A stretch of 64,000 bases of DNA from a virus: IMG/VR virus record IMGVR_UViG_3300037111_000040, positions 57,715 through 121,714 of that record. One strand, given 5' to 3'. Position numbers and translations under genes: made by a program. Positions within the stretch are counted from its first letter, which is position 1, and the number at the start of each line of letters is the position of its first letter. This document shows positions 30,234-37,963 of the stretch, piece after piece. The notes under the pieces are model-generated. The model ran no database searches. It saw only the letters and a program-made list of their open reading frames with translations, and was not told the DNA's origin.

Positions 30234-30617
30234 ATGCGAACGTATCGGTTTCAGACGACGTGGTCCCCGATGGACGATGACGATCTCCAGAATAACTTCG
30301 TGAGAATGAGGAAGAAATACTGGATAAAGCGTGGCCTTTGGATTCCAGAGAACGTGAAAACAGTTTTCCGGCACATACGTGACACAACTGTGTGGCAGAA
30401 CCATCCGTGTGGCCAACTTGATACTCTTCGAAGAGGCTACAAGATAGTTGTCTCTCCACCATTGGCGTTCATCTACTGTGTTGCGCATATTACCCTCCTG
30501 CATGAAATGGCGCACCTTTATCGAATTGCGAACTTCAACGATCACAGTCACGGAGATGGGTTCAAGAAGGAGATCGACCGCCTCTATGCCGCAGATGCAT
30601 TTAGAAAGCTAATTTGA
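30234..30617 (+). CDS. SprT-like zincin metallopeptidase
   Basis: 'TLLHEMAH...HSHGDGFKKE'; TATACT just upstream. Confidence 0.7.
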   Translation: MRTYRFQTTWSPMDDDDLQNNFVRMRKKYWIKRGLWIPENVKTVFRHIRDTTVWQNHPCGQLDTLRRGYKIVVSPPLAFIYCVAHITLLHEMAHLYRIANFNDHSHGDGFKKEIDRLYAADAFRKLI

Positions 30618-30677
30618 TTTATGCTACACTCCTGTCATTCCGTGGCAACACGGAAATACTTACGCAGGAGAAAATCA

Positions 30678-31163
30678 ATGAACCCCATCAGCTTCCGTAA
30701 CTCGAAGATCGTTTACTATGGCCCCCACACATGCGAAAATTGCGGCGTTTTCATCGTCAAGATGGGAACAGAGTGGGGCGGAAACGCGTTCACCAACCCA
30801 GAAGGTCCGATCTACCCAAACACAGAGTGGTTCCCACACGTTTGCGATCAGCAGTTAGTTCGCCAGCGCAAGGGCATGTCTGCGGCCAGCCGGGTCAGAG
30901 ATGATTTCCCACTTGCACATGCGATCATGCTCAACAACGTCGGTCATGTGATTCTCGGGGAACCATGCAACCCACAACATAAGCACGCCCTTGTTGTGAG
31001 TGAAAATAAGCACTACTATGACACGGAAGATGCGGCATGGGTTGGTGCTTTGAATCGGATTCTCAATGACTGGCCGACGTCGCACATCGATCTGAGTATG
31101 TACGGGGTCCACACTCGATTGACAGATGATCTGGCTACCCTGCCACAGTGCCCGTCAGAGTAA
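30678..31163 (+). CDS. Hypothetical protein
   Basis: AGGAG RBS before MNPISF; CxxC motif. Confidence 0.55.
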   Translation: MNPISFRNSKIVYYGPHTCENCGVFIVKMGTEWGGNAFTNPEGPIYPNTEWFPHVCDQQLVRQRKGMSAASRVRDDFPLAHAIMLNNVGHVILGEPCNPQHKHALVVSENKHYYDTEDAAWVGALNRILNDWPTSHIDLSMYGVHTRLTDDLATLPQCPSE

Positions 31164-31166
31164 TTC

Positions 31167-31195
31167 TTGCACGCGCGCAGGTTCCGTGGTACTGT
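31167..31195 (+). promoter_or_regulatory. Sigma70-like promoter of the Met/Asp/Glu tRNA cluster
   Basis: TTGCAC-17 nt-TACTGT, 6 nt before the first tRNA. Confidence 0.6.
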
Positions 31196-31201
31196 AAATA
31201 G

Positions 31202-31278
31202 CGCGTGGTGGAGAAGCGGTCTATCTCGCCAGCCTCATAAGCTGGAGATCGAGGGTTCGAATCCCTCCCTCGCAACCA
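31202..31278 (+). tRNA. tRNA-Met(CAT), initiator-like
   Basis: CCAGC-CT CAT AA-GCTGG, C1:A72 mismatch, CCA. Confidence 0.85.
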
Positions 31279-31284
31279 TTTTTT

Positions 31285-31359
31285 GCGGGCGTATCCTAAC
31301 GGTCAGGTACTGCACTGTCTATGCAGTTCAAGCGGGTTCAACTCCCGTCGCTCGCGCCA
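31285..31359 (+). tRNA. tRNA-Asp(GTC)
   Basis: CTGCA-CT GTC TA-TGCAG, G73-CCA. Confidence 0.85.
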
Positions 31360-31363
31360 TCTT

Positions 31364-31441
31364 GTCCTGTTCGTCTAGTCTGGCCAAGGACGTGACCCTC
31401 TCAAGGTCAAAACGGCGGTTCAAATCCGCTACGGGACGCCA
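31364..31441 (+). tRNA. tRNA-Glu(CTC)
   Basis: TGACC-CT CTC AA-GGTCA, CCA. Confidence 0.9.
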
Positions 31442-31447
31442 AGCTGT

Positions 31448-31527
31448 GGGGTAGTAGAAGGTGTCTGGAATCTTTCACCTGACTTTCACTCAGGAGTTCG
31501 CGGGTTCGAATCCCGTCTGCCCCACCA
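31448..31527 (+). tRNA. tRNA-Glu(TTC)
   Basis: CCTGA-CT TTC AC-TCAGG, CCA. Confidence 0.85.
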
Positions 31528-31530
31528 TAT

Positions 31531-32088
31531 ATGAACGGTGACTCCTCAATTTGCAACAAATGTGGTAAGTCTGAGCCAGAGGTCACATTTGCGCTGCGCC
31601 TCGTAGGCGGGAGACAGTATCCGAAATATATTTGTCGAAGCTGTGATACTAAACGTAAACAAATTTGGCGGCGGTCGCGTGGAAGAACAGAAACGATAAG
31701 GTTGTCAGCGATGATTCGCCAAAGGCGCGAAAGAACAGATCGAGAGCAGATACCGCGTGTGATAGTCGTTGACTGTCGGCGATCAGATAAGAAAAAAGGA
31801 TTTGTTTGTGACCTCACGATTGAGTTCGTGAAAGAATCCATAAAAGATGGTTGCTCTTATTGTGGGGAGATAAGAATACGCGTCGGCTTAGATCGCATCG
31901 ACAATGCGTTGGGCCACTCTCAGAATAACGTCGTAGCGTGCTGTGGGCGCTGTAATTATCTCCGGAGAGATATGCCCTATGCGGCATGGATGATGCTGGT
32001 TCCACAGGTGAGAAAAATCCGAGAATCTGGGGCTTTTGGAGACTGGGATGGGTTCGGCAGATATCGAAAGGGAAAAAATAATCTGTAA
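31531..32088 (+). CDS. HNH-like endonuclease
   Basis: 'CSYCG...GLDRIDNALGHSQNNVVACCGRCN'. Confidence 0.8.
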   Translation: MNGDSSICNKCGKSEPEVTFALRLVGGRQYPKYICRSCDTKRKQIWRRSRGRTETIRLSAMIRQRRERTDREQIPRVIVVDCRRSDKKKGFVCDLTIEFVKESIKDGCSYCGEIRIRVGLDRIDNALGHSQNNVVACCGRCNYLRRDMPYAAWMMLVPQVRKIRESGAFGDWDGFGRYRKGKNNL

Positions 32089-32130
32089 AACCTCTTGACA
32101 AATTCTGCGCTTTCCTTCACTATGCTGAAT

Positions 32131-32583
32131 ATGACGTAGATCGATTCCAAGACGTACTTTTACCTCTTCGTTCGGCAAGACCTCCCCATCGCTGCACAGA
32201 TCGTGCAGACGAACCACGCGACATTTGATATGGCTTACACGCTCACCCAGAGCGCCGATCCTTCTACGCCTTCCATCGTGCTCATAGGCGTTCCCGACAA
32301 AAAAGCGCTTCACAAGGTAATCCAGAAGCTCAAGCTGAATCGCATCGAGTTCTCGGAGTTCCACGAGAGCGATGACGATCTGGGACTCACTGCGGTCGCG
32401 ACGATTCCTCTCGACGAGGATCAGCGCGCGGTGCTCCAGAACTACAAGCTTTGGAACGAAAACAATTTGACATACGCGCCTAGCTCAGTGGTCAGAGCGC
32501 CGTTGCAGTCTGACGGAGGTCCGAGGTTCGAATCCTTGGGCGCGTACCAACGGGCGGATAGCTCGACTATGCAGGAGGTGTGA
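32131..32583 (+). CDS. PTH2-like peptidyl-tRNA hydrolase with in-frame TAG at codon 3
   Basis: ATG ACG TAG ATC GAT...; frame continues 'YFYLFVRQDLPIAAQIVQTNHA...IVLIGV...FHESD...LTAVA...YKLW'; TTGACA at 32095. Confidence 0.7.
32474..32549 (+). tRNA. tRNA-like element, anticodon AGT (Thr), inside the PTH2-like ORF
   Basis: 76 nt; ACGCGCC/GGCGCGT acceptor, TAGCTCAGTGG D arm, GGTTCGAATCC T arm, CCA; atypical loop GC AGT CT. Confidence 0.7.
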
Positions 32584-32878
32584 ATCCTCCGCCGCCCGGA
32601 ACGTAGTTCTTTGTGTTGAGGTCGGGAACGTCTTTAAGGTCAACCGAGACGAACCGTTCTTCGAACCGCGTGTCGAACAACGTCAGGCTGAACTTGTAGG
32701 TGGACTTTTTGTCTTCCCGGAGCTTCTTGATGTAGGTGTTGAAGCCGCCGATGGTGTCGTCGACACAACTTCCCATTGAGCCAGATTTGTCGAGAACAAA
32801 GTTAATCAGAACGCTTCCGCGATTTTCTTTGCCCTTTGGCTTTGATTCTTTTTTGGTTTTCTTTGTGGACTTGGCCAT
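32567..32878 (-). pseudogene. Truncated vWA-domain protein
   Basis: 'FVLDKSGSM...DTIGGFN...SLTLFD...YVPGGG' stops where the conserved T and second half of the vWA fold should follow. Confidence 0.6.
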
Positions 32879-33122
32879 GGATTTCTCCTCGCGAGATCGT
32901 CGCGGCTGTGGTTGAAATGTTTTCTGGGACCGTGTACGTCATAGTCGCGCTGACCCCGAGAGATTCAGTGATACTCCTGCCCGGTTCACGGCGGCGATTG
33001 TAAACGTCATTGAGGTAGGACGGCGACACGCCCAATGTCTGGGCAAAGTCCTTCTGGCTTTTCTCGCCCTGAAGCGTCTTCATGATTTCGAGGAGGCCAT
33101 CGATGTTCGTCACCGTGTGCAT
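32802..33122 (-). CDS. Helix-turn-helix regulator
   Basis: 'SQKDFAQTLGVSPSYLNDVYNRRREPG'. Confidence 0.65.
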   Translation of the reverse strand: MHTVTNIDGLLEIMKTLQGEKSQKDFAQTLGVSPSYLNDVYNRRREPGRSITESLGVSATMTYTVPENISTTAATISRGEIHGQVHKENQKRIKAKGQRKSRKRSD

Positions 33123-33468
33123 AAATTCGAGAATACGCGGATTTGCGTATTTGTCAAGAAGGACACCGCAGATGAAGAATTTATTGACTACCGGCCCGCG
33201 AGGCGCTACCGTTCTGGTATGGCAAGTACCGCCTTTCAGCCGATCATCGACCTTGTCAAGGGCTGGTCTGACAAGTTGCAGGGCGCTGAGGATTTCATCA
33301 ATAAGCTTCCGGTTCCCGGAAAATCCTCCACCATGAAAACCAGCAGGGGCAAGCCCCCCCTCGCGACCTCGTGGTACTACTACGGCAAGCAACAGCCGCC
33401 GCGCCCCGGCGAGCAGAAGGCCGTGGCCCGCAAGCGCATCCCAAAAAAGTGATAAACCGATGAAGTGA

Positions 33469-34182
33469 TTAAAGGTACTTTAGATTACATTCATCGCAAT
33501 GCCATGTGGTTGATGGGCTTTTGCAGGCGACACACAGCCCTTTCATCCGAATGGCGCGAGTTCGCTCGCTTGTTCGTTTGGCGTTAGCTTCGCGACAGAG
33601 ATCGCATCTACATCTGTGATAGGTATAGGTCGTGGTGACACCATGTATTGGCTTTGGTTTTACTCGTGGAGGCAAGGATGCCCGCGAGAGAGCATCACAA
33701 GAGAAGCCAAGCAATCCGGCTATTTGCCTCACCGTTTTCCCGTCATTTCGCAGCGATTCTATTTCAAGGATGTTGGCTCGAATCTTCTCTGAATTAGATT
33801 GACGAGCGGAAGATGAACCGACAATCTGGCGCACATATTCTCTTGTAAAACCGTATTTATTCCCAATTTTTTGCAGTGTCCAACCATCCCTACGGAGGAC
33901 TTTCATTTCCTCTCTGCGCGGATCGGCAGGTTTGGGTGGTATGGAGGCCCCAAGATCGTAGAATCCTGCCAACTCTCTGTTTAATCCCGGCCCATTATCA
34001 ACGTGCCACTTGCTGTGACAAAATAAGCAAAGCCAACGCACATCTAGTGGTCTTGCATAATCGTCGTGGTGGGCGACAAGCCGTCGCTGTGCCCCACATT
34101 CTTCGCATAAGAGCGCGATTGTAATGCTTCCACGCTCAACCGCTGCTTTGACGAGTAGGTGAACGCGGGCCATTTTTTTCAA
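33469..34182 (-). CDS. Zn-finger/HNH-like plus HTH DNA-binding protein
   Basis: 'CEECG...AHHDDYARPLDVRWLCLFCH', 'TLQKIGNKYGFTREYVRQI'. Confidence 0.65.
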   Translation of the reverse strand: MKKMARVHLLVKAAVERGSITIALLCEECGAQRRLVAHHDDYARPLDVRWLCLFCHSKWHVDNGPGLNRELAGFYDLGASIPPKPADPRREEMKVLRRDGWTLQKIGNKYGFTREYVRQIVGSSSARQSNSEKIRANILEIESLRNDGKTVRQIAGLLGFSCDALSRASLPPRVKPKPIHGVTTTYTYHRCRCDLCREANAKRTSERTRAIRMKGLCVACKSPSTTWHCDECNLKYL

Positions 34183-34189
34183 AAACCTC

Positions 34190-34218
34190 TTGACAGTTTT
34201 CCTGATTGATTATATCGT
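34190..34218 (+). promoter_or_regulatory. Sigma70-like promoter of tRNA array 2
   Basis: TTGACA-17 nt-TATCGT. Confidence 0.7.
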
Positions 34219-34225
34219 GGAAAAC

Positions 34226-34297
34226 GTGAGAACCCGATTCCATAACGCAGCGACACAGCCGACGCAACCAGCCGGTAATAGCGGCGGTGCGGACTAG
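34226..34297 (+). CDS. Attenuator leader peptide 2 (MRTRFHNAATQPTQPAGNSGGAD)
   Basis: GTG 7 nt after -10; codons match the 12 downstream anticodons. Confidence 0.8.
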   Translation: MRTRFHNAATQPTQPAGNSGGAD

Positions 34298-34339
34298 GGG
34301 TCTCAGACAGATTTTTTCCTAACACAGATGGAAAAACTT

Positions 34340-34380
34340 GAGACCCCCAGAACCGAAAGGAACTGGGGGTTCTCGTTTGT
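34340..34380 (+). terminator. Attenuator terminator upstream of tRNA array 2
   Basis: GAGACCCCCAG...CTGGGGGTTCTC-GTTTGT; competing 9-bp helix GGGGTCTCA(34297-34305)/TGAGACCCC(34339-34347). Confidence 0.8.
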
Positions 34381-34388
34381 GGGGATGT

Positions 34389-34463
34389 TCAAGGGTAGCT
34401 CAATGGTAGAGCCCACGGCTGTTAACCGTGTCGTTGTGGGTCCGACTCCCACCCCTTGAGCCA
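34389..34463 (+). tRNA. tRNA-Asn(GTT)
   Basis: CACGG-CT GTT AA-CCGTG, CCA. Confidence 0.9.
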
Positions 34464-34473
34464 GTTTAGAAGT

Positions 34474-34549
34474 TGGCTCTTCGTTCAATGGTTGAGGACC
34501 TTCGCCTCTGGAGCGAATGATCTGGGTTCGAGTCCCGGAGAGCCAGCCA
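34474..34549 (+). tRNA. tRNA-Gln(CTG)
   Basis: TTCGC-CT CTG GA-GCGAA, CCA. Confidence 0.9.
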
Positions 34550-34561
34550 AGTTTGAGTTGT

Positions 34562-34635
34562 TCCCGGTTCGTTCAGTGGCAGGACGTGGGCCTTTGGAAC
34601 CCAACACGGGAGTTCGATTCTCCCACCGGGTGCCA
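34562..34635 (+). tRNA. tRNA-Gln(TTG)
   Basis: TGGG..CT TTG GA..CCCA, CCA. Confidence 0.85.
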
Positions 34636-34636
34636 C

Positions 34637-34710
34637 GCGGGGTTGATGTAGCGGTAGCATCGAAGTGTGCCACACTTTGCGCATCGGTTCGAACCCGATA
34701 CCCCGCTCCA
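34637..34710 (+). tRNA. tRNA-Gly(GCC)
   Basis: GAAGT-GT GCC AC-ACTTT, U73-CCA. Confidence 0.85.
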
Positions 34711-34789
34711 CTTTGGAGGAAGAAGAATGAAGATCGATTTGAACGCCGACATGCAGCATGTTTTCGCACGGTTGGCGAAAGGATTTCGA

Positions 34790-34864
34790 GCACCGTTAGT
34801 TGAGTCGGCACAACACGACCCTCGTAACGTCGAAGCCCCGGTTCGATTCCGGGACGGTGCTCCA
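34790..34864 (+). tRNA. tRNA-Thr(CGT)
   Basis: CGAC..CT CGT AA..GTCG, CCA. Confidence 0.85.
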
Positions 34865-34897
34865 CAGATTGACGAGAGGTAGAAGAAAGGGGATTCC

Positions 34898-35443
34898 ATG
34901 GCACTCATACGGAGAGCGGTACTACAACTTAACGCGTCGTATGAGCCGCTGAGAATCGTCAGCGCGCGAAAGGCGCTCACGCTCATAACCAAGGGCGTTG
35001 CCGTGGTGGAGGTGCCAACCAGCATCCAAGTCCACAAGGGAATCTACCTTCCTTCCGTCATCCGTTTGCGGCACTACAGGAACGTCCCGCACCGGATGCA
35101 GCAGGTTTCGAGGAAGAACATTTTCATTCGCGACGGTTTCAGGTGCATGTACTGCGGCGCGAAGAAGAACAACGGGGCAGAGCTTGAACTGGAGCACGTG
35201 ATCCCGAGAAGCAGAGGTGGTAAGCAGTCATGGGACAACCTTGTTGCTGCCTGTTCCCCGTGCAATAGACGTAAGAACAACCGGACGCCGGAAGAGGCTG
35301 GAATGAAGTTGATCCATAGGCCGCTGCCCGCGAATATCTTTACAAGCCGCTTCATTTTGAAACAGCTTGGCAGAGAAGTTGAGGAATGGGGAAAGTTCCT
35401 TTTTTCTGATTCCGAAGGCGAAACGAGGTTACAATTTAGGTAA
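34898..35443 (+). CDS. HNH endonuclease (McrA/HNH_5-like)
   Basis: 'VLQLNASYEPL...RDGFRCMYCG...EHVIPRSRGG..SWDNLVAACSPCN..KNNRTPEEAGM'. Confidence 0.9.
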   Translation: MALIRRAVLQLNASYEPLRIVSARKALTLITKGVAVVEVPTSIQVHKGIYLPSVIRLRHYRNVPHRMQQVSRKNIFIRDGFRCMYCGAKKNNGAELELEHVIPRSRGGKQSWDNLVAACSPCNRRKNNRTPEEAGMKLIHRPLPANIFTSRFILKQLGREVEEWGKFLFSDSEGETRLQFR

Positions 35444-35446
35444 AAG

Positions 35447-36169
35447 ATGCGCAAACTCGTCGGCAAAATTTACTTAATTCGTAATCTCGCGAACGGCAAG
35501 GGGTACGTCGGCCAGACCACGAAACAAACTGTGTGGATAAGGTTCAACCAGCACAAATACGAGGTCAAGCGCGGAAGCAATCTGCCCATACATAGGGCGA
35601 TGAGAAAGTGGGGAGTTGAAAACTTCACAGTTATCGAAGTCGCCTCGTGTGATCCACTTTTGCTCGACGATCTCGAAAAGCACTTCATCAAATTCTACAA
35701 AACCTACATCACAAGCGGTCGCGGCTATAACAGGACGGCAGGAGGGTACAGCGGATTCAACAGAGACGGAATCAGGATTCTTACAGAAAAGGGAAGCTCG
35801 ACACTTTCAGATGTCCATAAGGGAAACTCTTATGCCAAGGGGCACAAAGTATCGGAAGAAGGAAGAGCGAGAATGGCCGAGGCTGCTAGAAATAGAGGAC
35901 CGGTAACGCGCTCGCCAGAGTTGAGGGCCAGAATCTCGGCCACCTTGAAAGGACACCCTGTTGCAGAGGAATCGAGAGCGAAGATGTCAGCGTCGCACAA
36001 GGGGGTAAAAGTCGGCTACCGGAAACGCAGGCCGATGTCGGATGAGCACAAGGCGAAGATTTCCGCGAGTATGCGTGGAAAGAGGAAAACTCCGGAGTCC
36101 ATAGCCAAGAGACTTGCGACTTGTGCTTTGCTTAACACGGGTGACACAAGATACCAGTTTGTTAACTAA
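35447..36169 (+). CDS. GIY-YIG homing endonuclease with NUMOD3-like repeats
   Basis: 'GKIYLIRNLANGKGYVGQT...GYNRTAGG'; 'SEEGRARMA', 'EESRAKMS', 'SDEHKAKIS'. Confidence 0.9.
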   Translation: MRKLVGKIYLIRNLANGKGYVGQTTKQTVWIRFNQHKYEVKRGSNLPIHRAMRKWGVENFTVIEVASCDPLLLDDLEKHFIKFYKTYITSGRGYNRTAGGYSGFNRDGIRILTEKGSSTLSDVHKGNSYAKGHKVSEEGRARMAEAARNRGPVTRSPELRARISATLKGHPVAEESRAKMSASHKGVKVGYRKRRPMSDEHKAKISASMRGKRKTPESIAKRLATCALLNTGDTRYQFVN

Positions 36170-36213
36170 CATAAATGTTCGTTATCGTCTCCAAATTTTG
36201 CTATACTCGGGAG

Positions 36214-36939
36214 ATGAAAAACGAAGAAAGGCGAAAAGCTGCTCGGAGGCGGTGGTACTACAGGAACAGGAAATCCAAGAAGGTGTTGAAGTCGCGAATT
36301 CCTGACGTACCGCTGCTTTCTGTTGAGGAACGTAAGACTATTAGCAGGGCGAATGCTGTGGTTGCGCTGGCGAAAGCTCATGCTAAAGCAAAAATCAAAT
36401 CGGATCAGATACAACGTAAGAGAGAAGAGCGTCGATGCGTAATTTGCGGCGGTCCTGTTCTCGTTAAGAATCTGAAAGCAAAATCGTGCTCGGTGAGATG
36501 CGCGAAGATCGCCAGACGAAAAAGAAGAGAGAATTGGGAAAAGGCTTGCGCGTACTGCGGTTCCACATGTTCTGGTCAGAACAAGTATTGCGACGACTGC
36601 AACAAAAGCCAAATCTACAAGATGGCTCAGTCTACTGAAGATGTAAGCGATTCAAAGGCTGTCAAGCGTCTGGTGCTTCGGAGAAGAGGACACAGATGCG
36701 AAGGATGCGGTTTAGATCAGTGGATGGGAAAAGCCATCCCGCTTGAACTTCACCATGTGGACGGGGATTCAGAGAATAACAAAGATGAGAACCTGCAACT
36801 TCTCTGTCCTAATTGCCACGCTTTGACTCCAACGTTTCGTAATCGAAACAAAAGGAAGGCGAGCGAAAGAAGAAGAAAGATAAGAAAGACGAGAGAGTTT
36901 GCCGAAGTAGCTCAAGAGGAAGTAGCGGCGGTTTTGTGA
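36214..36939 (+). CDS. HNH endonuclease inserted in tRNA array 2
   Basis: 'CEGCG...LELHHVDGDSENNKDENLQLLCPNCH'. Confidence 0.85.
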   Translation: MKNEERRKAARRRWYYRNRKSKKVLKSRIPDVPLLSVEERKTISRANAVVALAKAHAKAKIKSDQIQRKREERRCVICGGPVLVKNLKAKSCSVRCAKIARRKRRENWEKACAYCGSTCSGQNKYCDDCNKSQIYKMAQSTEDVSDSKAVKRLVLRRRGHRCEGCGLDQWMGKAIPLELHHVDGDSENNKDENLQLLCPNCHALTPTFRNRNKRKASERRRKIRKTREFAEVAQEEVAAVL

Positions 36940-36976
36940 ACCGCTGATGGGATTTCGAGTATCCCCTTCGGCCCCA
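36901..36976 (+). tRNA. tRNA-Thr(TGT)
   Basis: GCGGT-TT TGT GA-ACCGC, CCA. Confidence 0.8.
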
Positions 36977-37059
36977 AGCTCACTGGGACACGCGGAATCT
37001 CCCGCTTACGGGCGGGAGGGTGCTACCAAGCTATAACGTGTCCCGGTAGCGCGATTCAT

Positions 37060-37138
37060 GGCGGTGTTGGCAGAGCGGTCTATTGCGCGTGTCTGTGGCA
37101 CACGTATTACATCGGTTCGAATCCGATACGCCGCCCCA
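37060..37138 (+). tRNA. tRNA-His(GTG)
   Basis: CGTGT-CT GTG GC-ACACG, G-1:C73, CCA. Confidence 0.9.
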
Positions 37139-37147
37139 AAGTTTTAC

Positions 37148-37223
37148 GGGCCTATAGCTCATTTAGGAGAGCGCCGCACTTGCAATGCGGAGGCGGTCGG
37201 GGCGGAGCCGACTAGGTCCACCA
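37148..37223 (+). tRNA. tRNA-Ala(TGC)
   Basis: CCGCA-CT TGC AA-TGCGG, G3:U70, CCA. Confidence 0.9.
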
Positions 37224-37553
37224 AGTTTGACTGGTGCCTCACCTGTAACGACGTAAGGGTGAAGGCGTCACGGGTCGCACGTCGCAAGGTAGAGGCCCGC
37301 TAAGTTTTTAGGAGAAATATGCGTCAATTCATAAAGCGATCCGAGCGCGGTTTTTCTCAGCGAAGACATGAGGGAGATTTGCGTAGGAGAAAGCAGTTCG
37401 CAAGCAAGATCGCGGATTGTTTCTTTGCTGAGAGTCCTTTCCAGCGGATGCTCATGAGGTGTGGACGCGCTCGGAAGCTGATGCAGGCATATCGCGCGAA
37501 GAAGATGATTCGCAGGCCGAGCAACTTTCGGCAGGATGTTTGGCAAGAGTTTT

Positions 37554-37629
37554 GTCGATTGAGCTAGTGCAGTCATAGCGTCCGCCTGAAGAGCGGAAGA
37601 ACTCGGGGCAGCACCGGGAGTCGACACCA
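37554..37629 (+). tRNA. tRNA-Phe(GAA)
   Basis: TCCGC-CT GAA GA-GCGGA, CCA; atypical T loop. Confidence 0.8.
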
Positions 37630-37630
37630 T

Positions 37631-37707
37631 CGGGGAGGGGCGCGGTCAGGTAGCGCTTCGGTCTCGGGTACCGAAGGTCATGGGTTCGAATCCCATCTCC
37701 CCGACCA
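37631..37707 (+). tRNA. tRNA-Pro(CGG)
   Basis: TCGGT-CT CGG GT-ACCGA, CCA. Confidence 0.9.
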
Positions 37708-37720
37708 TTTTGGAAGTCAC

Positions 37721-37797
37721 ACGGGTGTAGCGAAGTCTGGAAACGCACCTGCTTTGGGAGCAGGGGATCGGGGGTTCAAATCCCTCCACCCGTACCA
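37721..37797 (+). tRNA. tRNA-Pro(TGG)
   Basis: CCTGC-TT TGG GA-GCAGG, CCA. Confidence 0.9.
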
Positions 37798-37807
37798 TTT
37801 TGAATGA

Positions 37808-37884
37808 GGGCCTATAGCGTAGTTGGATGACGCGGCAGACTACGAATCTGTTATACGGGGGTTCGAATCCCTCTAGGCCCTCCA
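37808..37884 (+). tRNA. tRNA-Arg(ACG)
   Basis: GCAGA-CT ACG AA-TCTGT, CCA. Confidence 0.9.
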
Positions 37885-37903
37885 TAAAAAGCGCAGAATT
37901 TGC

Positions 37904-37932
37904 TTGACGCGTTTTTGGAACCGTTGTAAGGT
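37904..37932 (+). promoter_or_regulatory. Sigma70-like promoter of the ncRNA array/Ro60-like operon
   Basis: TTGACG-17 nt-TAAGGT. Confidence 0.6.
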
Positions 37933-37963
37933 TAGAGACGTTGCGTTTTTGAGATTGAGTTTT

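Noticed and set aside
32131-32139. Genome-wide TAG reassignment or an amber suppressor tRNA
   Set aside because: TAG terminates ordinary genes (e.g. 9409, 9704) and no CTA-anticodon tRNA was found; the tRNA at 45766 reads TCT in a 7-nt loop.
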